Source of the DNA: Camelus dromedarius
Taxonomy: Eukaryota
Reading direction: 5' to 3'
Length of the DNA stretch: 64,000 nucleotides
Assembly (NCBI RefSeq): GCF_036321535.1
Contig: NC_087436.1
Location: 124,001-188,000 of the forward strand
Positions 26,501-40,900 of the stretch are shown here, piece after piece (position 1 is the first letter of the stretch; the number at the start of each line of letters is the position of its first letter). Below the pieces are notes generated by a model. The model saw only the letters and a program-made list of their open reading frames with translations, was not told where the DNA came from and searched no databases. A program made the position numbers and the translations under genes.

Positions 26501-29500
26501 TAGGGTGGCTGTGAGGTGTAGCAGTGTTCAATTTTCAAGTGATTTTCAGTCCCATGTTTGTGTCTCAGTAGCCGTGTCACTTTGGATGACACATTCAAGG
26601 AAGTGAAACAATTTATCTTATTAATTGAAGCAGTGATATACCGACTTCCCAGGACTGCTGTGGAGATCCAGTGAGATAACGTGTTCATAGTGTGCAGTGT
26701 GGTCCCCAGCACAGAGTCAGTGCTGAGGGAGTGCCAGTGAGAACCTGGTAGGTGAGGTGTGGGTGGTGGGACTCGTTGACTGAGGAAATTGGGCCCTGAA
26801 GGAGGGGTCCAGTCACATCTGTGAGTGATGGGACTGAGCTGGGAGAGGCAGACAGACCTTGACCCCGACAAGTGGCCCTGGGCAGGACGGCCATGGGAGG
26901 AGCAACATGAAGTCAGCTCTTTGCAGGTGGAGTTGGAGGTGCCCTTGAAACATCTAAGTGCAGTGCCACAATCACAGAGGAGGTCTAGGCCCGGGCTGTG
27001 CATTTTCCTATAATCTCAATCCCTGAGGACGCCGAGGTATTGATCATTGAACGTGAAGACATACTTACAGGACAAGTGAATAGTAGTATCATCTCTGTCA
27101 TCAAAGCTCACGTCTCTTTATTCATCACTCACTTTGCTAATTGGGTACTTACAGAGCTCACTTCACCGTCCTCCCATGGGCTCAGGCTCCACAGAAAAGA
27201 TCTTATGAGTCTCCCTCTCTTCCAGAAGAAAACACATTTAGCTGGTAGAATTCTCTACTTCGCCAGACTTAGAATTTCAGTTTGTTGATTTAATTCTGCT
27301 TTCTGTTGGCCGTCTCCTGACAGGAGAGACATTTTATCTCATAGTCAGGTTTCAATTAGTTGTTACTGAGAATTGCTGATCTGAACCATAGTGTATGTTT
27401 TCTATTAACTTTGTAGAGTACTTATCATTTTTCTGTCTTTGCCCTTTAATTTTGTTTCCTCTTCAATGTTCTATCCTATTTGGGGCCTTATTTTATTTTT
27501 TAATTCAAAAATGTCTGTTAGCAGTTAAGAAAACAAAAGCAAAGAAAAAATGCACATGATAGCTAAATTTAGAAAATATCTATTGTGTTTTCTGCCTTGG
27601 CAATGGAGGGTTCTAGAAAGTCTTGAAAACCTTCATTACATAAGTTCCTTAAAATGCTGATTAAGAAATAAGACCTTCCTTCCTCATCTTTCAAGCTGCA
27701 CAGCTAATTGTGAAGAAAGTGAGGGGAAATCCTCAGAAACCAAGTCAAACCAGAAAGCAGGGATTCTGGGAGATTCGCGAGCCTTAGAAGCCCTGGGGGG
27801 CCAGTTGGCTCCTGAACTGAGTTTCAGTTGCCTTGACAGGAGGTCAGGAGATGAGCCCCAGGCCTCTCACACTGGGAGTTTAATGGCTGTTCTTATGTAA
27901 GGCCAAGCACATCCTGAGAATCCTTCTTTATAAAAGGGTGAATTAGAATGAAAATTAAAAAAGCATTCCTCAAGGCAAGGAAGTAAGGAAAGTTAATTTT
28001 TTTGGAAGCGGGGAAAAATAACATATCCAATGTATGTATTTAGTTTAAATCTGTTCTGGCATGAGAGTGACAACAAGCTCCTGGCAGAAAATCACAGCTC
28101 CTCCCGGAAAGAGAAGTTGTGTTTTGAATGAATCAGTGGGCAGCCATTCCGAAAAATGTCTCCAGAGTCTACTGGATCAAGATACTGGACCCAAACTCCT
28201 CCCTTCCATGGTCTCATTTAAATAACCAGAAAGGTTTTAAAGGAAAGAAGCCATAATCATAGTTCTACTTATTGACATTAACATATGCTAGGAATTCAGA
28301 GGTGACTATGGAGTTGTCTCCTCTTTTATGGACCTTACTTTCTATTTGACATAGTTGGGGAACTTGGTGGAGGGTGGTGTTAGTCTGTTGCAATTAGCCA
28401 GGAGAGGAGATTAAGAAAACAGTGAAGGGTGGGTGACATTTTTAGCTAAGGATAGTCCTGTTCAGTTGGTTTGTAATTGCAGACTCGTTGATTTGTCACT
28501 GGAGGGAATTGATCTTATGGAATTTGGACTTAACTCAGGCCTCTTCAGAATGGACAAGTGAACCTGGAGAAAGACAGTCAAATCTGTGCAGACATTAAAG
28601 TCCACGTGAACGTGCTCCATCACTGAGCCAAAGATAGGACAAGTAGGCAGCACTTCTTGAGGACAGAGGAGTGGTTTTTAAGGTTCTCCAAGAATGAATC
28701 CCAGGGAACCGGATGGCCAGTTGTCAAACTGTGACTTTGCTCTTTGGACGGTGTACCCACCAAGGGTATTGGCCGTTTATAGGCTTCCATTTCTCGTTAA
28801 TACATGTCAGGTGATGAGGACGTGGGCACAAGCGTTTGACACCTTGTCGAGGGGCATTTGAATACCTGCCTAGAAGCGCGGTCGCAGCTGCGGCTGCGTC
28901 ATACATCTTGCCGCCAATCCCGCTCCCCGGCTCCGTGATCACGGCAGAGTGGTTCCTTGTTGAGCTGTCCGTCTCCTCTGTGACATCGTAACCAAACAAA
29001 AGACTGGAGCGTATTAGCTTGGCTTGGTTCTTTTCCATCCTTCCCTTCGAATGATGATGACTGATAGTGGACCTAATTACGTTTGCAGGTGATTTACAAG
29101 TAGTGCTGTCAGTACAAACCTTGTAATCCCCGCTGTGTGATCTAGAGAAGAAAGTGACATTCTTTCCAAATTGTTTTGATGCACTTATGTGGGAAAATGA
29201 TGTACGTTTGAATATGTATTTCCTCTCTGAATCATCATGGCTAGAGATGAATATTTGTAGACTTGGAATGAGTTTTCTGTATTTGAACTGTATGGTCCCC
29301 TAAATTCTCCTCAGCTTTTTAAAGTCATCACTGGAGTGCTACCTCCAGAGTGCCCCAAAGCATCCACCACTGCATGTTCTTCGGACGTTGTGAGTTTCAA
29401 TGTTGGAGAAGGCTGCTGGATGGTGAGGCATTCTCTGGCACATCTCTGGCTGGCTGATGTGAGCTTAGCACACAAGACTTGGCAGACAGTATCTAACCAT

Positions 29501-30742
29501 GGTCACGTCCATTTCTGGGACACTCATGGAGGATTTTACACCTATGCTAGTGGCATACGTTATTTCATTTAGTTTTCCCAACAATCATAATTAGATTTTA
29601 TCACCTGGAATAAAAAGGAAACTGTAAAAGCGAGTGACGTGCAGACTTTCGACTGGAACACGGGTCTTTCTGATCCCTGTCTCTGTTCCCTCCCCGGCCT
29701 ATCCTTCCAAATGGCCAGGAGACTCTTCCTCAGTCTTGAGTTTCCTGCTGATGTTACCACTCTCTTTGATTCTGGAGAGGAAAACAAGTCTAAACTTACT
29801 TTCCATTGGAAATGGAATGGAGAGTTAATGTTGGAAGCCGGGAGAGTCTGTCCTGTGATGAAGTGGTCCCCGAGCCACTTCCACTGGGATGTCACATCAC
29901 TGTCTGGGCCCCTTGATCAGCCTGTGCACAGGTGATAAGCCAGATGTGCCGAGCAGTCCTCCCGGACAGGGCAGTGGGTTGGAAATGAGTTTTGGGATTT
30001 GGTTTCATTATATATGTTCCTGAGGGTCTTGGCCTGGCACTTCGAGTCGGAGCATTCCCAGTCACACAGACTCGCTCTGGGTCCGTGCAGACCTGACGTG
30101 GCCTCAGCCTGAGGCTCAGGGCCCGTGGTGATGAGGAGCATTTTAGTCCATGGTCTGCCGGATGCTCTGACACTTCTGGGCTGTGGGTCTTTGTCCAGGA
30201 TGATAATAATTCCTCCCCGAGTTTCAGATTTCCTTGCCTGTGAGCCGGGGTAGTAATAGTTTCTGAAATGATTGTAATGATTCAGTAAGGGGCGCAGCGT
30301 GTGCTGGCAGGTAGCTGGTGTTTAAGGAGCAGAAGTTGCAGTCACACTGTCAGCCTCTCACTGTGTGCTCTGTGCTTGGAGAGGTTGTGTGTTTGGTGAA
30401 AGTCCCGCCCAAACCCTAGGGTCTAGATGAACTTTTGTTCCTTTACTTTCCCTTACTTTTCCTCTTTCCCTTCTCTGTGTCCCATGTTTAGGTAGCAGAT
30501 TCCTCTATTTCAGGGAATACGGGCCTTTCTAGTAAAAGGACAGGCGGAACGCGGAAAGATGGGGCCCGTCTGAACAGCGCTGTTTCCCTGCATTTCTGCA
30601 TCCGGTCCCATCAGTGCACGAAGTCAGCCTTCCTCTTCCTTCCTGTGTCATTGGGTCTCTGTTTTAAGGGAAAATTTTTTAAGGGTTTTTTTCACTTACA
30701 TGTTTCGTTCAGATGCTTGTTGCTTTTCTCCCTGTGCTTCAG

Positions 30743-30956
30743 CGTCCCGAGGAGAGAATTCAGCAGTGCAGCATCCTCTCCGAGCTCTATGAGTTGATCG
30801 GCTGCCACTGCAAGTCCGCCTTCTTAAAGCGGGTGGCCCCCGTGCAGCGCGCGGCCCCCGGCATCATGGAGCCTGGCGGGAAGAGTTGCTACCGACTCCT
30901 TCTGCAGACGCTTCCTGGCTACAGTCTGTCACTGGATCTACAGGACTTCAGGAAAG
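30743..30956 (+). pseudogene. TRAPPC9: TRAPPC9 pseudo-exon C (open frame, splice sites intact, many replacements)
   Basis: Acceptor ttttctccctgtgcttcag ends at 30742; GT at 30957-30958. Reads [71 protein letters not shown], about two-thirds identical to the recalled human exon. Confidence 0.93.
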
Positions 30957-31052
30957 GTGTTGGAATTAAAACATCGCTTTAGTCCCATTAACCATGCCTA
31001 GTTTGGGCCCTGCTGTCCTGTCTTATCAGGGTGAATTGTGATTCGTTTAGAA

Positions 31053-31245
31053 CAGGGCTCAGCAGACTTTTTTCTGTCAAGAGCTTGGGAGTAAATATTT
31101 AAGGGTCTGCAAACCTCCCGATCTCTGGTGCAGCTGCTCAGCTCTGCTGTTCAGACGCCAGAGCAGCCGGAGAGTCCACACACCCACCGAGCTTTATTAA
31201 CAGCGGTGGCTGGGGCTGGATTGGGTGTATGAACAGCAGTTTGTC
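31053..31245. mobile_element. MER58-like hAT DNA transposon
   Basis: cagggctcagcagacttttttctgtcaagagc...gtaaatatttaagg...; right end gcagtttgtcccc. Confidence 0.65.
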
Positions 31246-32240
31246 CCCACAGCCTCCTCACTATTGACGCCTGCACCAGAGCGTGCATTTGCGACAATGG
31301 GTGAACCTGCACTGACACGTCATCATCACCCAGAGCCCATACTTGACACTAGGATTTACACTTGGTGGTGTGCACTCTGTGGGTTTGGACAGATGTAAAA
31401 TGACATGTATCCACCGTCACAGCATCATACAGAGTAGTCTGTCTTAGTGACCCTAAAAATGCTCCGTGCTGCACCTCATTCATTGCTCCTTCCCCTCTAG
31501 CCTCTGACAGCCACAGATCTTTTAGTCTCTGTGGTTTTCCCTTTCCCAGAACACCATACAGTTGGAATCAGACAGTTGCACAGCCTTCCCAGATTGGCTT
31601 CTTTCACTTAGTAATATGCATTTAAGGTTCTTCCATGTCTTTCCATGCCTTGATAACTCATTTCATTTTAGCACCAAATAATGGTCCATTCTCTGGCTGG
31701 ACCACAGTTTATTTATCCATTCACCTACTGAAGAACAGCATAGTTGTTTCTGAGTTCTGGTGATTATGAATAAAGCTGCTATCAACATCTGTATGCAGAT
31801 TTGTGTGTGGACACAAGTTTCCATTTCGTCGAGTAAACACCAAGGAGCACAGTTGCCAGATCATACGGTAGGAGAATATCTAGTTTTGTAAAAAATTGCC
31901 AGACGGTCTTCCTAAGTATTTGGGCCATTTTACATTCCCAACAACTATGCATGAGAATACCTGATGCTCCACATCCTCACCAGCATTCGGTGCTGTCAGT
32001 GTTCTGCGTTTTGGCAGTTCTGACAGGTGTGCAGTGGTACCTCGCTGTTTCAGTCTGCATCCCCTTGATGACAGATGCTGTGGACCATATTTCCATAGAC
32101 TTCTTTGGCATCTAGATTTCTTCTTTGATGAGGTCTGTGTTCAGGCATTTTGCTCATATTTTAATCGGGTTATTCATCCTTCTTGTTGAGTTTAAAGAAA
32201 TTTTGGTATATTCTGGATATCAGCCCTTTATCAGTGTGTC
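31246..32240 (-). mobile_element. L1MC-type 3' fragment
   Basis: gaacctgcactgacacgtcatcatcacccagagcccata...gattggcttctttcacttagtaatatgcatttaaggttc is an antisense L1 3' UTR / ORF2 end. Confidence 0.8.
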
Positions 32241-34458
32241 CCTGCCCTTCACCTGCAGTACTGGAGTTGTCCTTTGGTTCTCAGTGGAGTGTCAACCCTT
32301 CAAAGAGATTCCCTGTCTTCCTTCAGCCTAAATACTCTCCTGGTATTTTTCACTTTCATTGACTCATTTTGTTCTTTTTAAATAGCATTTCCCATAATTT
32401 GTACTTACATTAAAAAAAAAGGCAATGATTGAACACCGCCTCCCCCACCAGGCTGTGTGCCCTGTGAGAGCAGAGGCCCTGACCCCACTCACCGTTTCCT
32501 AAGACAGCACATTGCACATGTCCATGTAAAAGTGTGTAACGTGGGGCCAAACCTGATAAGCAGCTATGATGACTTGTGTTGTCTACCATTTATTGAGTAG
32601 ACTTTGTTTCTGATCTTAATTATTAAATCACATGAATGAAACTTGTTTGTTTTGAAAAATAAAACAACAAAGCACACCTCCATGTGATTGGTAATTTCTA
32701 CTTAGCCTTCTGACCCAGGAGGGGATGTTCACCATCATTTTGTGGAGGAGGTTGGGGAGGTAAAGTAAGAGAGTGAGATTAAATAAAGTAAAAATGATAA
32801 CTATCAGTTGGCTTTATTTTCACTAAGACAAAAAAGTTACTTTAAACCCTATCTCAGCTGTTGTTCTGTTGTTTTAAACATTTCTCATAGAATTAAATGG
32901 AAGCCCACTAAACCCTGAAAGGGAAATTGTGTGCTCAGGTCCTGAAAAGAGTTTATGTCTATTTCTTGAAATGCACAATTTCCCTGCTGGTTACAGAAAT
33001 TCGAGGCGGGAACACAGCCGTGCGCTGTGTGTTTCTGCCGGCTTCACGGGCTGCTCAATGTCATTTTCATTTTCTTGTGTTGCAGTTTATGAAGGTTTTC
33101 CATGAGATATATTGCTCAGCCTTTTCCTGAAAGAAGGATTGAATTTTCCACAGGAAATCTTATGAAAGAGAGTGACAAGGCACATGGGTTTCCCAAAAAG
33201 GAAGAGTTGATGTAATAAACTATCACTATGGTGAACTATTTTAATACAAGCCAGTTGAAAATTTTATCACTAGGTCATAGGCCACAAATCTGTCTTAAGA
33301 ATAAAAAGATTCAAATTTTATAGAAGAAGCAGTTTGAATAAAGTAATAATTATGATTTGTACGCTATTTGGTGTTAGAATTTATACTCAGTCTTATCATA
33401 ATTGCCTGTGGTAGGAACTGGATCATTACTTATTTATTAAAAAAAAATCCACTAAGTGCTATTTGTCCCATTCTTGATGCGGCAGTGCTGAGGTTAGTTA
33501 TGTTGGGCCATTTAGGATTGTTAGCTAGGTTTTCCGGACATTAATTTCAGCCTCTTTATCTTTTTTACAATCTCTTCTATTGTATCGGCCTTTGGTCTTT
33601 TGACAACGTGGAAATACTCCACGGATCTGCCTTTCCCTTTTTTCCTGTCTTTGTGGGAAAAGATTTTTAAGAGAAATTACTAGGATACTAAGGATTTTGT
33701 GTGGGGTAAGTTTATTCAGTTCTAAGGATTTCAATTAATACGTATTAATACTTGCCATTCAGCTAATGACAGTAAAATTATAAACTAACTTATGTATACA
33801 TCAGTAAGTATAGTACAATCAGCCCATCACCCAGATTAAGGAATTCACATACTTTTCCATATTTCCTTTATTCAGACCTTTGTTCTTTTATTTGTCCTTT
33901 GTTGAAGTATTTGACAGCAAATCCAAGAAGACATGTCATTTTACCCTATGTACTCAAGTAGGCATGTCTGAGAAATGAGGGCCTTTTCTTTGATCAGGTT
34001 TTTCCATTTGACTTATGTGCTCGTTAAGTACCAGCTGTATCAGGCATCTCACTAGGAATTAGGGATCCTTGGGGCAATGAGACAGTCCTGGCTCCCAAGG
34101 AATTTAAGGGCTGATGGAAGAAATCAACACAGGAGCTTGGGTGCCTCACTTAAGGTTCCTACTGGATGACACCAATTGGACAAAATTTGTGCACAATACA
34201 GTAGGAATCACAGAAGGGACTGATCAGACTTGTAGGGCCGGCCGTGAGAGAGGCGGTCGGCAGGGCTACAAGAGGAGGAATCATTTGATCAGAATCTGAA
34301 ATCTTTTCTGCCAACCTTCCTACCAAGCCCCCAGGGCCCATCACACACAACCCTGTGCTGTAACTGTTTTTGATTCCAGTTACCACATCTCTTTCAGGAA
34401 GGATTTTAAGGTGGAAAATATTTAAAATCAGTAATTGTTGCCAGAAGGGACATAGAAC

Positions 34459-34980
34459 AAGGAACATGGAAACAACACAAATGTCCATCAGCACATGACT
34501 GGATAAAGACGAGGTGATACATATATACAATGGAATACTACTCAGACATAAAAGATGCCATTTGCAGCAATATGGATGGACCTGAAGACTGTCATTCTAA
34601 GTGAAGTGTGGTGGAAAGAGAAAGAAAAATGCCATATGACTTAATTTATGGGGAATCTAAAATTAATAGCAAAAATAATAAGACCACAAATGAACTAAAT
34701 ATTTTGATTTCTTGAATATGTGTAAGTACATCTGACTGCCCTTTGTGATAGGATTACAATATTCTGTTTATTATTCTTTTGTAGATGTCCTTATTCCTCT
34801 GGTAACTGTAATTTTAAAAATCTAAAGCTCTAATCTGTTCTTAGAAAGAATAATTACTATATATATGTAAACTAATAAATGCAGTATGCTCTACACATGT
34901 ATTTACATGCAATATGTGTATGTGAAGTTGAACTGTAATAATTCTACCCGATAAAACTGAAAAAGGAAAAAAATAAAAAA
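34459..34980 (+). mobile_element. L1 3'-end fragment
   Basis: acatggaaacaacacaaatgtccatc...atatatacaatggaatactactcag...gccatttgcagcaatatggatggacct; ends in an A-rich tail with aataaa. Confidence 0.85.
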
Positions 34981-37900
34981 TTTATTTAGCAAAATCACCC
35001 CTCTTTAGATATTAAAACGTTCATTTCTGAGATTCTGTGAAAGACGGCATGGAATTAGGTTTTTAAGATTTTCTCCTTGCTCCTCGGTGAGCAGCCTGGG
35101 CTGCAGAGCTTGGCCGCGACAGGCACCCAGGGCTTACCGACTTGCTTTTCACTTGTTGGGAGGAAAATTAGCTGCTTCAGGAATATTTATGCTCTTAGAA
35201 GTTGATGAAAACCCCACAGAGCTTCTGTTTACATGGGGTGTATCTGTCAATATACCCCATTTTAGAAATTAGAACAGAAAATTTAAACTCAAGAACTGAC
35301 AAGCACACGCTGTCCCAGCACGTGGTCAAAGCAGTGCTGCCACGGTGGAGTGTGTTGGTTCTAAGAAAAATGCACAATACACTCAAGAATGAGGGTGAAC
35401 CCACAGATCTCATCTCAGCAATGCTATGAAGAGGTGGGACCCAAAGCCCCTAAAACAGTGCTGAAGTCCCCAGATGTCTCAGAACACACAGAGCCATGGG
35501 ATCAAGAATCCAGTACCTCATGGATCATCAGCTGTGGAGACTGCGTCCTGGGTCAGGAGGAGCAGAAGTAGGGATAGCAGGCACACATTCCTATTGAAAG
35601 CAAAGCTTTAAAGGTTTTGAATTGACTGAAAGTTTGGCAAAGATTTGCATTTAGACTACTACATTTCCTCTCCTGGAGACGTTAGAAGGAAAACACTGAT
35701 TAATAGAGGATGATTGTAATGGATTAATTATGATACTGATGACATGGGCTGTGAAAACTAACCCTGCACTCAGTGTAGAGTAATCCTTTTATGTACACAC
35801 TTCATTAGGTCTCCACACCCCTGCAACGTGGCATTAAGCACTCATACAAACATGAAACCAGTGACTATAAAACAGTCACAAGCCTTCCTCTCCAGCATGA
35901 GGTAGCAAAACCAGCAAGGATTTTCAATGACAAAAGCCAAAATCTTATATTTTTGGGAAAGAAAGCAAATGAAACACTGAAGAACAATTAACCAAAAGAG
36001 TAGATGGAATGGAAAATTTTATTGAAGAAAGCAATGATTGATTCAATTAAAACAGCTAATGTCCCTGGTATAATTGAACCATCAATCCAACTTTTTGGAA
36101 AAGTGGGTTGTGAAATTACTGTCTCATTTAATGTTGGAATTCCTATTTGGACCAATTTGATATGCATCACTGGTGTGAGGTTAGATATTTAGGTAATAAA
36201 CAATATTCCTATTTTTTAAGTTAACAGGAAACATAACACAGGACTCCAGATTTAGGGAGAGAATGCAAACAACTACTATCATAATCCATCCAGTAAGGAC
36301 ACGTGTCCCTGCGTCACCAAAGCAATGAGAATTTGCAGAAAGAAAACACAGTTCTCCAATTGTGACAAATACGAGACAGCCATAAATTACGAGAACTAGC
36401 AACTGTTTAAATGCCATGGGCAAATTTTTTTTATCATCTTGAAAACATCACTGATGTTCTAGGTAAGAAAAAGAATTGTTTTACTAAAAAATCCAACTGA
36501 CACAGGGGTTTTTCCAAGTGAGAAGGTGATTCTAAAAAGTGCAGTAAAATGAGTAAAGATGATCTGCGCAGTGACGGAGATGGTCTAGACTAACCAGCAT
36601 CAAGATTCCTGGTTTTACACTTGCACTCTGCTCGTCATCTATGACGCAAGAACTCATGAAATGATTTTTTTTTCTTTAGGGAAAAAAACATTAATAAAAT
36701 CTAACTATAAGATGTGGTATGTAAAGTGGTAATGAAGTTTTCTAACCTTATGATGCAGCCAGTGTAATGTAGCACTTATTCGGGCACTAGAATTTTTTAA
36801 TTCATGATTTCTTTTATACCATATTTCTATCCTAAAGGAGACACTTAAAGTTTTGTACTTTATTCAACGTATCTTTTGAGGGTTGTGATATACACTGGTA
36901 TGGCAGTTTCAAGAGATTCAAAATCGCCTCTGTTGTTGTGGTCAGGAAAGGCAAGGCTCCCTCACAGCTGCGACGGAGAAGGAATCCCCGGAGTCAGCCT
37001 CCGGGCAGCTTCCGAACCGCATCTGCTTGCACTTGGCACAGGACACCATAAGCAAGTGTAACTCTGACAAGAAGATTTCCCCGGGGACCTGGGAGGTGCT
37101 CATTGTGAAGCCACTTATTTCCCAGTTAGGTAAGGGTTGGAAAAATAGTTTATTAGCAGTGACTCCCTTTGTATGTGCCTTTTGTCCTGAGAGGTCAATA
37201 ATTAGCATAGAATATAAAATACCCCATAATATAAGAATTTGGGTATCCCATCTTTCCATCTACCTGTCTATTTGTTTATCATACTTATAGTTAGGTTACA
37301 TTTTCTATGACGTTCACTTCCGGGCACCAGAAAAGAAAGGTTACAAAATATTTATTATAAATAGGGGGAACTGGGTCTAAGGGTTAAAAACCACTTCTGC
37401 TAACAATAAAAACCATATAATAATTTTAATCTCAGTTGCATCAGACCTTCCAGAATTAATCCCTCAATTTCACTTTTAAAACAGTAATGGAATATCGGTT
37501 CTTCCAAGACTCGGGCCTGATCACCACCCATCCAGACATCTATCTGTGGGTCCCTACTTGTCCTCGAGGACACCGAACACACCATACGGGGTGAACTTTC
37601 TTCACTGTCCCTACTGTAGGGGAAACCTGGATGTCCCAGGTACTGTCCAGGATTCACACCTACCTGCAAAAATCAAAGTCATGTGACTGAAACGGGAAAA
37701 CACAGGTGGTGTGATAGGGCTGAAAGCTCACCAAAAACAGGTTTGGGGGCCTAACCCAAGCCCTCAGGCTCCTAACATGAAGAAGGACAGGGAATCCCAA
37801 TTAGCCACGAGACTGGGGGGCTTCATTACTCCATGAATAAAGGATTTGTGCCAGTGCCACCTTTAGACAGGGAACCCCAGAACCCAGACTTGGAAGCATC

Positions 37901-40900
37901 CTGTCCCCTCCCCTCTGAACAAATATTCTCTCAAGACACGTAGTGAGAGATGGGAGCCCCGGTGAGCTCTGGAATAAGATGCAATCTGAAAGACTGCTGG
38001 TAACAAATGGTGTGGAGCTCGGGCAGCCCCCAGGGCCACCAAACATTCTTGTACCACTGATGCCCACACTTCCATCCACAACAGTTTCTTCAGGACACTT
38101 ACGCACAATAACCATCACACAAAAATGGTTGCTTAGACATGTTTTAAGAGAAATAACATTATGAGAATGCCAAATTCATGACAAGTCAGAGTAAAGACCC
38201 CAGAGTATTTACTGAATGAGATCTCACGTGTGCTCCGCATGAGCTTTAAACCCTTAGGACACAGTCATGGAACAGTAGGCATTTTCTTTCTTTCCTCCAA
38301 GTTGGCTTTGCTGGAGAACTCCGTAGACACAGGAAGACTCTGGATCCCACCTCTACTACTTACACAAAGGGCTCAACATATAGAGAAGTATCAGCGCTGG
38401 TGCAGCCGGCTCCAATGTGCGCACTCCCGTGCCCAGCTCCCCGAGGAGCAGAGCGCCCCCCACGGGCACTGCAGTGCCTGCGAGAATCATGTGTCTGATG
38501 AGTGAGCCTGTGGCGGGCAAGACAGGAAGCAAGCACCACTCCCTCACGCTCTGCAGGTGATCTCTGTGTCATCTTGAATAAATAAAGTCAGCATTAAAGA
38601 TGTTTGACCAGAGGGTAAAAGGTAAGGCCTCCCCAAATCTCCTCGCATTCCTTTAGTGGGAGTCCTGTTAGAACACATGGTGACAAGAGACGCTGGCTTT
38701 ACATGTGCACGTTGCCCTCAGGGCTGCAGTGGAGGCCACGGTGCTGCCTCTGCCCCACCTCCTGCCTTCGTCCAGCAGACCTCACAGGGGCCGCTGACTC
38801 GTTTCTCTGACTTTCTCTCCTTGGTTGTGCTGCTCTTCCAGCTTTTAAGAGCTCATAAGAACCTCACCAGAAAATCTTTAACAATGAATGCAAATCAAAT
38901 GAAATCAAAAACAGAAACACAATGCCTTCATCATTACATTACATTTTAGGATGAAATTCTTGAAGACGACTCCCTGACCTGAAGGGATGGATGGAGGAGG
39001 AAAGAAAAGAAGACAAGCATCTTTGGCCCATATAAAATGAGAGGTAACCAGATGGTGGCTAGTTTTCATTGCACCTCTCTGCCAGCCTCAATTTCACATG
39101 CCCCTCCCAACTCAGCTCATCGGAACTCCACTGAAGGAGACGGCTTTGCAAATTTATTGGTAGCCAAAGAAATCGATTGAGAAATAGTCTCCCAAACCCA
39201 GCGAGAACACTGAAAGCTGACAAGTGCCAGAATCAGAATACTAAAACACACAGATTCAAGCTCCGACACCCTCCCTGGTGGGTGTACTTACAGTGGGGGT
39301 GTGGCCGTGTAATTTGTCAGCATCCAACATATAAAAATGAAAGGGACACCAGTTTTCAACATCACAGTCCCTCTGAAACAACTGGTAGTCAATTAGCGTT
39401 TGTCGGCAGCAAAAGTCGATTTTCTCCCCTGCACGTGGAGGTGAACACACAGAAGAGACTGATGATCCCCGCTGCGAGGGTAGCTAAGTGTGTCTAAGCA
39501 AACTGGCTCCATCAGCCTTCTGATGAACAGGGGAGTGTGTGAGACAAGGGGCTCTGCAGACTGATGGCGAGGCAAAGAGGGCACTTCCTTATATTGGGGA
39601 GAAAAACACGGAAGCAGCACTCGCTGGAAATAAATTCTAATTAAAATTTCAGTTGCGCTTCCTGCAGCGTAACCCACGCCAATAGATGAGGCTCCCTCCG
39701 TGCTGTCCAGTCATGTGAGCCAGGCTCATTACTGTACCTGTGTGTTTGGTTTAGCAAGTGAATCATGTCTGTTTTCTGGAAATTACATGAGGGTGGAAAA
39801 CCTTCCAAACATGTTCATTTATTTGCTGTGGAATTTGTTTAATCCTCTTGAGAGCATTTACAATGACAACCTTCTTAAATAACCATCTTTGCCCGAGAGG
39901 CCTTCCCAGGCACATGCGCCGAAATCTAGGACAACCCAGAAGCAAAATCAAAACCGTTAATAAATAATAATATGTCATAGCACTAACCACCAAAATTATA
40001 TATATTTAAAAAAAAAGCAAGGGCTTTATGCTGTCCAGGGTTTGAAACATTTATTTAACGTGTCAATTGTTACAAGAATAAACTTTTCTAAATGTAAAAC
40101 CTCCTCAGAAAGCTTAAACTACTATTCAAGAAAAATATCAAAGATAATTTCTGAAAAGTATTTAAAGGAAAATCATTTTTAACTGAATCATATTCTAGGC
40201 ACACAGAATAAATTCTCTTTAGGGAACTCCTAATATTTTTTTTAATAAATGACCTATAAAAATACAACCAGCATTAATCAGTAAATCTTCATTCCTTATT
40301 TTTAAAATTTTTAGGGCATGCTATTTTTTTTAAATCAAATGAGGAGGTATTTGCAAGCCAATGGACAACGGAATTACCTAAGAAGCCAGTATAAAGCAGC
40401 AAGAGCAACTAGCACTTTTACAAGCATTCTGCCTGAGAGTCACTCGTACCATCTCATTTTGACCTAGCCACTTGGAAGTGAGCTCCATCAGCCCATTTAA
40501 CACATGAAGAAACTGAGGCTCTAGGTGGTCATGTTTCCAGTACTTAGGGGAGCCAGTATCCAAACTCGGATCACTGTCTATAGAGCTTGTGCATTTACCA
40601 GATCACACTTACATTCCTCACACTTCAAATGCACTCAGTCCCCGAGGTAACACACCTTCCTTGCGTTTCTAAGAGTTTTAAGAAGTACTGAAATACAAAG
40701 ACTTACCAGGCATTTGTGTGGGCTAATTTTTTATTTTCTGATTTTCCTGAATCAGTTCAGGCTGAATTCATACTATTTATGAGGAGAAGTCCTGAGGCAG
40801 AGGAGAGAGGGGAAGATAATCCAGACATAAACAATTTCAAGAGATCCACTTCATCAAGGAAGCAAAGTATTAAATAAACCACTTCAACAACAGGCTTCTC

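Larger units (their letters stand above)
254..30956 (+). pseudogene. TRAPPC9: Unprocessed (duplicated) TRAPPC9/NIBP pseudogene fragment, three consecutive exons with introns
   Basis: Segments at 254-374, 7026-7152 and 30743-30956 translate to consecutive parts of TRAPPC9 as I recall it ([33 protein letters not shown] / YKNAGVIELEACI...SEFLQNAVYINLRQ / [30 protein letters not shown]...[13 protein letters not shown]). They are in the correct order, each preceded by a CAG acceptor. The first two carry stops and lost donors. Confidence 0.93.

Noticed and set aside
26431..27003. Longest ORF (190 aa)
   Set aside because: Overlaps MIR/L2-like sequence; no recognisable protein features.
28724..29038. 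104-aa ORF with YPWW (PWWP-like or viral insert)
   Set aside because: No further domain resemblance, no splice or retrocopy hallmarks; probably intron sequence.
254..30956. Functional TRAPPC9 gene
   Set aside because: In-frame stops, frameshifts and two lost donors; downstream exons not found.
35988..36192. Overlapping antiparallel ~60-aa ORFs
   Set aside because: Short, no recognisable homology and no convincing splice context.
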